This document shows, piece after piece, positions 54,843 to 64,000 of a DNA stretch of 64,000 bases. Position numbers and translations under genes: made by a program. The stretch spans positions 53,692,001-53,756,000 of the forward strand of contig NC_043001.1 of the NCBI RefSeq assembly GCF_006345805.1, read 5' to 3'. The stretch is from Octopus sinensis (lineage: Eukaryota). Position 1 is the first letter of the stretch. Each line of letters opens with the position of its first letter. The notes below the pieces were generated by a model that saw only the letters and a program-made list of their open reading frames with translations, ran no database searches and was not told where the DNA came from.

Positions 54843-55244
54843 AATTTTACTCTATAACGTTCAAGTGTATACCTGTTGCGTTCACTGTAAAATATTTTTC
54901 TTTCTTTCTCTCCTCTCTGTCATTCTCTCTCCCATCTCTCTTTCTCTCTCTCTCTCTTTCTCTCTCCCTCTCTCGTTGTCTACATACATACCCACATACA
55001 CTCATATATACTTAGAAACATATACATACACACACTTTAAGCGAAACTAGGCTGCTATAGTGATCTCGCACACTGTGGGGCCGTTGCCTCCCCTATCAGT
55101 GCATAGACATGTGCTTACATCCGGTTGAGCGGTTTTAACTCTTATTTCTAGCAATATGGGTGCCACCCTGCACCGTGAGTCATAATTAGTGACAACTGAA
55201 TTTTTTTTTTCTCGTTCTATATTGTATATATCCGCCGTCGTTCT

Positions 55245-55308
55245 CATATATATATATATTATATATATATATATTATATATATATATATATATATAATAT
55301 ATATATAT

Positions 55309-55375
<67 letters not shown>

Positions 55376-55388
55376 CATATATATATAG

Positions 55389-55422
<34 letters not shown>

Positions 55423-55423
55423 T

Positions 55424-55488
<65 letters not shown>

Positions 55489-55490
55489 GT
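55245..55490. repeat. Long interrupted (TA)n array, representative of many in the window (e.g. 23925-24060, 25650-25750, 29565-29745, 37940-38040, 43900-44020, 44398-44520)
   Basis: Directly visible. Confidence 0.95.
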
Positions 55491-57481
55491 ACATATATTT
55501 ATATGTTTGTGTATGTGTGTGTGTGTGTGTGTGTGTTTGTAGATATGCAGTCCGTTTTGTCTTGCACTTTTATACGAATTCAGATTTGAAGATGTACTCG
55601 TGTACATTTTTATTTCTCCGACAAAACAATTCTTTAGTGTGTTTTGCTTTCTATTATTGTGTCTGCATAGTAAATTAACTGTGTTGCATTTAGTTTTTAT
55701 CTGTTTATTTATTTCCATAAATGACAACCATAATTTAATACAGATTCGCATTCTTCATACAACCAAGTTTATCGTTATGCTTTCGCTTGTTTTACTATAT
55801 GTGCGGATATTTAGTAATCAATCAAAATGCATTTACAGGAAATATGTTAAATGTCGAACGAAATTATATGCTAATGAATAAAAAATATCGCCCCGGGCCA
55901 AAACCATGGAACATAAAAATCGTTCATACTATTATAAATAATTTCAATAATTTTCACCACAAAAACCATGAGAAGAGAAGAAAAATTCTGCATTTTATTG
56001 GAATTCTATTATCGCCCATTTTACATATAATTTCAGCGCATATGTGTTGGAAAATATATTCGAACTTTATTCGTAAATATTTATTTGAGATCAGTATTTT
56101 TCGAAACTATTCTCGAACACACATCTCTGATCGCCAAGTATGTGTCATTCCATGAAATGCTAGAAGTTACAAATAAAACTTACACCATCCTTCACAGAAG
56201 ACCTCAACTGTGTTATATGTATAGTGACTGAGCAGTCGTTTAAACATATGTTTGCCAAATATACTCCCGTTAGTTTACAAAATGAAATCAAGTTTACAAA
56301 ATGAAACAAATAACATGTGTCAAGAATTCTTTATACGGATCTCTTTTCTTTACTCTCCCTGCGCCATAGAAGCATTTTCTACTATCAGCCAACTAAAATA
56401 GGTGCTAATTTTCCGTGAATCTGTTCAACTTCATAGAATGTGTGAATATGAACCCTTCAGAAGGCTACAACTTATAATCTTATTGCTAACAAATTCGCAG
56501 ATGTATGAAACGTCCCATGTTTTTGTTATGTCACACGTTCGGATACTCTGTCCTAGTCTACCTTGACGTCTAGATTTCTCCCTCTATATCTACGTATTGG
56601 GCTAGCCTACTTCATCGTCTGGGGGCGTCCACACAACAGTTTTATACCTAGTTTTTAATACACATTATGTTATATGCCATAAAATCTACTTTTACATAAT
56701 GAGTAAGAGTTTGAAGAACCGCCATCAAGAAGTATGTATGTTATGTCACAGAATCCAATGTGCTCCAACAAAACAATTTACAGCACTCTCAAACATTCAC
56801 CTCATAATAATACTTTGAAATGCATTCTGGTGGTCGACGTGCTAGTTTCAGTAACTCCTGCAATAAACCTCTGTTGACTTTAGTGCTTGAGGTGCAGCAA
56901 ACCATATAGCCTTTGTCCTTTGCATTATATAATGGAAGATATGTGTCCTGGTTTCTTTCCAAAATATTTTATTGTCACAAATATCAGTGTGGCCAGAGAG
57001 GAGACAAACTGACATATGTTGAAGTTTGGTGAGATATTCTGTTAACAAAGTTTGCTCCAAGCAAAGATATTTTTGTCAAAAATAAATGTCTTTTAAATTC
57101 CTAAACCGATTGTAAGCATAACTCAATAAGCTTTCCTTCTTCCACCACAAAATAGCTCTCATATTTCGATATTTGTCACGAATAAGACAACAAACACACA
57201 TATTTATAGTTGTACATGCAAACAAAATAGAAGAACATTATTTAGTGACCTGTTTCAACTCTGCAACATTTGCATGGAATATTGCATATTTAAATGCAAC
57301 AATGTAACGTGCGGTTCCTTAGCACTTAGCAATGGACTTAGTAGTGTAGTGTGTAGCAACTAATTGTTTAAGTGCTGAAATTAAACACTTGTTATCTAAG
57401 GTAAATTAAAAATACAATAAGTAGTTGATACATGGATGGATCGTGCCTGCTAAGAAACTAAATGATATTGAGACACAATGC

Positions 57482-57524
<43 letters not shown>

Positions 57525-57525
57525 T

Positions 57526-57572
<47 letters not shown>

Positions 57573-58049
57573 ATGTACATACATACATACATACATACAT
57601 ACATAAGAAAAAATGATATTTTAGAAAGCCCTCTTGATGCGTAGACTACACACGTCTGAAGAACATGAATATTACTATGACAGTCCGATATGTCATAGTA
57701 ACTTTCACATACAACATTGTCAGACATTGTCTGATTTTGACACCCAAATATGCCATATCTATAGATAGTATTCTTTTTCTTTTTGTACTGCTACTTGAAA
57801 CATTTTCTTATGAGTGTTTACCAGAAATAATATTCCATTATACTAAGAGAACTGCCTCTGCCAATACACTCAAGATTGGATGCAGTGAAGGAATATATCT
57901 GGTAATGTAAAGGTATGTTCATTTGAAAAGCAATGATCTTATTTATATCCGGATAGCGGGGCGTGGATTTGCTAGACAGAAACTGAAAGATTCTTGTCTC
58001 TCTCTCACTCCCTCTCTCTCTCTCTCTCTCACAAACACACATACACGCA

Positions 58050-58170
<121 letters not shown>

Positions 58171-58608
58171 GACGGGAAATAGAATTCAGAGAACACATTA
58201 TTCAGAAACGATAATAATAAGAAATAAAGAATCAAAAGTGTAAAATGAAATAAAATGTAGTACAGAGTAAAGATAAAATTTTAAACAAAAATATAAAGTA
58301 TACAAGCAATTAGAGTAGAACACAAAACAATCGGACATTAATATTGACCTTTACGTTTTATCAAAACAAATTAACTTATCCACACATCACACACATATAT
58401 ATATATATACACATACATACGCGTACATATATATGCATACCCATATATATATATATATATATAAACCCATATAAACAGTCCGATGTACTCATTCGCATAT
58501 GTATAAATGTATATGTGTGCGTGTGTGTTGTGTGTGTGTGTGAAAGAAAATGAGACAACAAAGCCAAGACAGTGAAATTTCTAGAACATTTATAAAGAGA
58601 AAGGTAGA

Positions 58609-58654
<46 letters not shown>

Positions 58655-58729
58655 ATATATATATACATACATACTTAAGGGTACCCGCGCTCGATACAGA
58701 GATAAACACTACAACAATGTTTAGAGTTT

Positions 58730-59009
58730 TATGAAGTGAACACACGGTACAGGGCTAACAAATATCAACGAGTGATGTTTGTAGAAACCACGTTCCATGG
58801 CGAACTAAGGCAAAGATTTAAGAAGGCCGTGAAGTTGACCAAACTGAATATTATAGACGTTGTGAAGCCACGGAGCTCCATCAGATTACAGTTATGTTGG
58901 ACCTACCCCTTAGAAAATAGCACATACACTAATGAGAACAGTGTGGTATGTAAGATTAACCCTGGCATTAATTGTAGAATTAGAAATGTAGTCAACAGAA
59001 TAATGTGCA

Positions 59010-59011
<2 letters not shown>
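58730..59011 (+). mobile_element. Penelope-like (Neptune/Naiad-type) fragment: pre-GIY-YIG linker and zinc finger
   Basis: VMFVETTFHGELRQRF..V...PRSSIRLQLC..YP.......VCKINPGINCRIRNVVNRIMC matches the VLFVPxTPxGEL..CxxC..C...NVVYxIxC pattern. It ends at a (TTA)n array. Confidence 0.65.

Positions 59012-59065
<54 letters not shown>
59012..59065. repeat. (TTA)n array at the 3' flank of the R4/Dong element
   Basis: Directly visible. Confidence 0.95.
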
Positions 59066-59066
<1 letters not shown>

Positions 59067-61102
59067 TTTTTTTTTCTTCTTTCAAATTTGCTTCCATTTC
59101 TTGCCGGGTGTCTTCCCGACTCCTAGGGCAAAGAAATTCATAGTATACATTGGTAGGCCATTAAACCAAACTCAATAGTTCGTTCATTTTTTTTTATTTT
59201 TTTTTATTTTTTTTTTTAAGTTAAATTAAATTACATGAGCAGCAACAGTTCTCACATCGACAATGCTCTTCTCAATACGTGTGATGTACCAGTTAAGACA
59301 ATCTTTTGCACTTCTTGCAGGGATGGTAAGCCAGGAATCATTCTCATATAATTTTCGGTTCCCTTCTTGATCATTCCTAGTGCTCCTACGATCACTGGTA
59401 TTGTAACCGCCTTGAGATGCCACATTTTCTCAATTTCAATGAGTAGGTCTTTATATTTTCTGAGCTTGTCAAACTCTTTCGCTGAGATATTATGATCACA
59501 GGGGATGCTCATGTCGATCAATAAGCAAACTTTATTGTTTTGGTCTTTCACAACAATATCTGGTTTATTGGCCTTGATGGTTCGGTCTGTATGTACTGGA
59601 AAGTCCCACAGAATGGTTACATTTTCTCCTTCAGTTACAGCCTCAGGGTGGTGATTATACCACTTGTCGGCAGTTTTGATATTGTAATGCCGACTTATTA
59701 GCCAGTGTAGATATTGGCCAACTCTGTCATGTCTTAATTTATACTCCACTGGTGCTAAGACTTTACATCCAGAGATTAGGTGGTCCACTGTTTCAATCAT
59801 GTCGTTGCAGAATCGGCATTTTGGGTCTGCTCCATTTTTCATCATATTGGCCTGGTAGTTCCGGGTTAATAGGCTTTGATCTTGAGCAGCCAGGATGAAA
59901 CCTTCGCTCTCTGCTTTTAGCCCTGAGCTCCGTAGCCACTGATGGGTTTGCTTCTGGTCAACATCAGCTTGTTTGCTGCGGGTCACATATTTGCCGTGCA
60001 GAGGTTTCTCCTCCCACCTATCAGCCAATTGCTCGTGCGCTTTTTTCGTTGCCATCATTTTCACCTGTTTTGCAACAATAGTTGCCGTACTTCCCTCGGG
60101 TTGTCCAGTTTGGGTATCCTGCACGAGATCAATAGCAAATTTTTTGCTTTCCTTTATAATAGAATGAAGCTTCTTTTGTCTCTCGTGATTTTCCACGAGC
60201 TTTAGCATCCAGTCATTCGATATTTCGAGATATTTGGCCAGTCCAATTGTGGTTGTTTTGTAAGCTAGTTCAAATTGGATCAGGCCTTGACCTCCTTGGG
60301 CTCTGGGAAGGTAAAGGCGACCTACGTCTGCCTTTGGGTGGTGCATCCTATTACAACTCAGCAGCTTGCGTATTTCCCTATCTATATTCTTTACTTCACT
60401 CATATTCCAGTTCAACACATTGTAGCTATAAGTAACAACTGGAACTGCTAAGGAATTTATAGCTAACACCTTGTTACGTGCATTTAGTTCAGATTTCAGG
60501 ACTGCACGAACTCTCCTATAACATTCCTTCCTGATTTTCTTTCATGCTTGCATGCTGAATACCAGAGCCTTCATTTATCCCTAAATATTTGTATGTTTGT
60601 TCTTGCTCAAGCTCTCTTATGACTGTGTCAACATCTAACACGACTGAATTTGTGGTCTTCACTTTCCCTTTCTGGAAAGTGGCCTTGGCACACTTCTCAA
60701 GTCCAAACTCCATCCCGATGTCGTCGCTGAATGCTTTCACGGTGCGCAATAGGCCTTCAAGTTCATTATTTTCTTTACCATAAAGTTTTAAGTCATCCAT
60801 ATAAAATAGATGGCTTATTTTTTTATTGGCAATTTTATACCCATACCCTGTTCCGTTTAATTCACTTGTAAGTGGTATTAGGGCTATGCAGAATATTAAA
60901 GGTGAAAGTGAGTCACCTTGAAAAATTCCACAGTTGATGTTTATATTTTCTGAGGCAAGTACTCCATTAGAGTGGTATAATTGGAGATTCGTATTCCACA
61001 ACGACATATTGTGCTTCAGGAAGCTTGAAATCACAGGGGAAATTTTGAAGATGTCCAGCGATTTCAAGATCCATGGATGCGGCATACTGTCGAAGGCCTT
61101 TT
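59066..61102 (-). mobile_element. 5'-truncated R4/Dong-clade non-LTR retrotransposon (RT + CCHC knuckle + restriction-like endonuclease)
   Basis: KAFDSMPH, GIFQGDSLSPLIF, HLFYMDDLKLY; CRFC..ETVDHLISGC knuckle; RHD; LWDF..TD..IKANKPDIV...LIDMSIP..K..KY (RLE). About 185-bp 3'UTR. (TAA)n arrays on both sides. Confidence 0.93.
59252..61102 (-). pseudogene. RT-RLE ORF of the R4/Dong element, 5'-truncated, with one frameshift near 60535
   Basis: ORFs 60516-61085 and 59252-60469 join if two A's are restored in the run GAAAATCAGG, giving HASMKEKIRKECYRRVRAVLKSELNARNKVLAINS. No other stops seen. Confidence 0.85.
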
Positions 61103-61103
61103 A

Positions 61104-61168
<65 letters not shown>

Positions 61169-61183
61169 CATCATCATCATCAT
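61103..61183. repeat. (TTA)n(TCA)n array at the 5' flank of the R4/Dong element
   Basis: Directly visible. Confidence 0.95.
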
Positions 61184-62164
61184 TATATGTATATATATAA
61201 ATATATATTCATATAGATAGATAGATAGATAAATATGTAGGTAGGGTGGTAAATAGGTTCGTAGGTATATATAATATATTATATATATATATATATGTAC
61301 ACACACACATGTATATCTATGTGTATATATGTATGTTAGTCTGTGTGTATGTGTGTGTGTGTGTGTATGTGTGTGTGTGTGTGTATACGTGTTTGTTCAA
61401 ATACACGTAAATGTATGTTTTGATGAAATGTAAAGGTCAATATAAACATGGGATTATTCAGTTTCTTTTTTTTTCGGTTTTTTCTTCTATTCTGATCGCA
61501 TGTATATTTTACCCTTATTTAACCATGTCTTTTATTCTATATTCATCAATCCTTATCCCTTTATATCTCATTCTATTGCTCTTATGAGAAGGTTTCTTTC
61601 ATTATGTCACAGTTCCTTATGTAGACGTATTGTAGGCTACAGAAACCAAAATGTATTGTGATAGATGTAAGCGAAACGGCAAGTGAAAGCACAAAAAGTA
61701 AACTTTGGACACGCATCTACAGTTATGAAGCATAACAACTGATTGCACAGCATTTCACCGGTAAGGTACGAGTGTATTATAGGTGGAACAGATTGCGAAG
61801 CTTTTGAATAAAGTGTATCGTAAATCCCATTTTCTCTCACTTGTATTTTATATAAACTCCTGCAGTAAATTAAGTGCATACACCTCCATAATTTTGTTGC
61901 CACCAGTTAGCCACAAATTGTGACCGGGCTTTTAACAACATGCTACAAGATGTATACCACAATATAAAATTATTATTACTGTACTCTGTGTGTGTGTGTC
62001 TGTGTGTTTATTTATGTATGTCATTATTCAGTTTATTTCACGGTTTCTAGCCATTAGAGAAAGAAGCAGTTTGTAACCTAGATCCAAGGTATGTATGTAT
62101 GAATGAATGTATGTATATATGTATGTATGTATGTATGTATGTGTCTTTATGTATGTATGAGTGT

Positions 62165-62332
62165 GTGTGTGTGTGTCTTTGTGTTTGTCCCTCACTACCA
62201 TTTGACAACTGGTTTGGTGCGTTTATGTACCTGTAGCCAAACGGTTCGGCAAAAGAGACCTACAGAATAAGTAGCAGGCGTAATATGTTTACTGAGGACA
62301 GTTGAGTCTAATGACTGAAACAAGTAAAAGAT
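62165..62332 (+). mobile_element. SINE family B 3' half
   Basis: GTGTTTGTCCC..TTGACAAC..CGGTTCGGCAAAAGAGAC..AATGACTGAAACAAGTAAAAGA. Confidence 0.65.
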
Positions 62333-64000
62333 TCTACTAATCATATACAATTTAGCAAAGCCTCCGATGAGATATTAATGTCATAATGGCCAGGATAGAC
62401 CTTCAGAGATACCTTAAGCCCTAGATCTTAGGGTAAACATAAAGAGTTAGGTCACTTCACATAGTTGGGATTTTTTTAGGTGAGGTCTCCTAATGAACGA
62501 TGATATGGCCCCACTACCTTCGGTGACAGAAAAACGTCACAATTGCTGAATTTGAATATATATTCGCCTCTTGTAATAATCGTTTTTGATTTTTATTACA
62601 ACTAATTTAAATTACTGGGTGGGAGCGCTAAGCAGGGATAAGTATGCATGTAGCGTTATTACAAGTTCGAATATGCCTTTAGCACGCACATACTTGTAAA
62701 TAAGAGATTCACTGTGTTTGGTCACGGAGAAAATTCTCGAACCTATTCAGACTGTAACATGAAAGCATTTCAGAGAGGTTATCTCCTCTCCAGTCACGGA
62801 ACCCGGATGGTGGCGCTACGAGTTAATAAGAGAGACAATCTCTCTTATGTTATTGCAGTCAACATACGTCGACTAATAGCGCAAATAGCGTAAATAAATT
62901 ACTAGGCAGAAGCGCAAAGCATTGATATGTATAAATACAATGTTAGTACCAGTTCTAAAGCACCAGTGGCACTTTCGGACTTGTTAAGAAGTCATTCCCT
63001 CTGTTTAGTCACGGAGAATATTTCTCGTTGTAGACAAATGGTGTAAATACACCTAAATCAGTTCGAAATGACTTTCGAACTCTTTCTGAAAATAATGGAC
63101 AGGTATTAATCATTGTGAAATATTGAAGGAACAAGCTGAATAGATCAATGTCACAAACTAATTTTAGAGGAAATAACAGTGATCCGAATTTGTAGAAACA
63201 AGGGATTTAATTTATTTAACACTGTAGTCAAACCCAACACATTGCATGCAGAGTTTAGTGATGGGAAGCAATGCATTAGTAGATACATACACACGCCAAT
63301 ACGTACACATAAATATGTATAGATACATAAATATATTCGCATGAGGTTGGATTGCGCATATGTATGCGAGTGTACGTGCGAGTGTGTTGTTATTTAACAA
63401 TTAATCTTTTATATCAAATTCCGATATCTGAAGCCTTCCAAAATTCAAACTGGCTTCAACTACTGAGAGAAGCTCTATAAATGTAAAAGTAAGGAGGTTG
63501 CTCGGTATGTACAATACTGCTACCTGGCAAGAAACTTGATTCTCAGTTGCTTAGCTCCGTGTTCAGTTCCACTGATGGCGAATTGTCTTCTGTTATAGAT
63601 GACCAAAGTCATGTTAGTCGATTCGTTAGACAGGACAAAAGCCCGCTATCTACTCACACAGACACACACACTCACACAAACACGCACAAACAATCGCGGG
63701 CACACACACACACACACATATACATTAACCGGTGTTGTTCAAACGATGAATACGTTTGCGTAAACAATTGGTTCGTTTTGTTCTCTTACTTTATTATCAT
63801 CTTATAATCATCTCATAATAATGACTTTTATGACTCGTATTACTATCGCAGTCAATCTAGATGTATACATTTGTTGTTACCTGTCATAAATAGCCTTTTT
63901 CTATTTGCAATATGCATTTTCGTTGATTTTTCATATTTTACCTTTACATTTCCACGTGTATTTTATATTTTCTTTTCGTAACATATTTCTACTACACACA

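Noticed and set aside
56525-56760. Possible solo LTR starting TGTCACACG
   Set aside because: No TSD, primer-binding site, polypurine tract or second copy could be identified.
58672-58712. Helitron-like 3' end (TAAGGGTACCCGCGCTCG)
   Set aside because: No CTAG terminus, incomplete hairpin and no matching 5' end.

Overview
AT-rich eukaryotic non-coding DNA dense in microsatellites and transposon relics. No host protein-coding gene can be supported. The SINE families and the (TA)n/(TG)n/(GATA)n load resemble Octopus genomic DNA (recalled from memory, not database-checked). Contents: a GC-rich, nearly full-length RTE LINE with a target-site duplication (10055-13035, -); a young 5'-truncated R4/Dong-type RLE LINE between two (TAA)n arrays (59066-61102, -); three Penelope-like fragments; three mariner elements, one solo mariner end and one Tc1; four non-autonomous Helitrons; two tRNA-derived SINE families (about 10 copies); and several older LINE scraps. 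The most interesting observations are a hammerhead-ribozyme-like motif in the rare type II topology inside a (TA)n-flanked orphan repeat (44180-44239, -), a duplicated structured module at the exact 5' end of the RTE, the RTE's foreign base composition, and the TAA-specific insertion of the R4/Dong element. Most ORFs in the supplied track are microsatellite artefacts.
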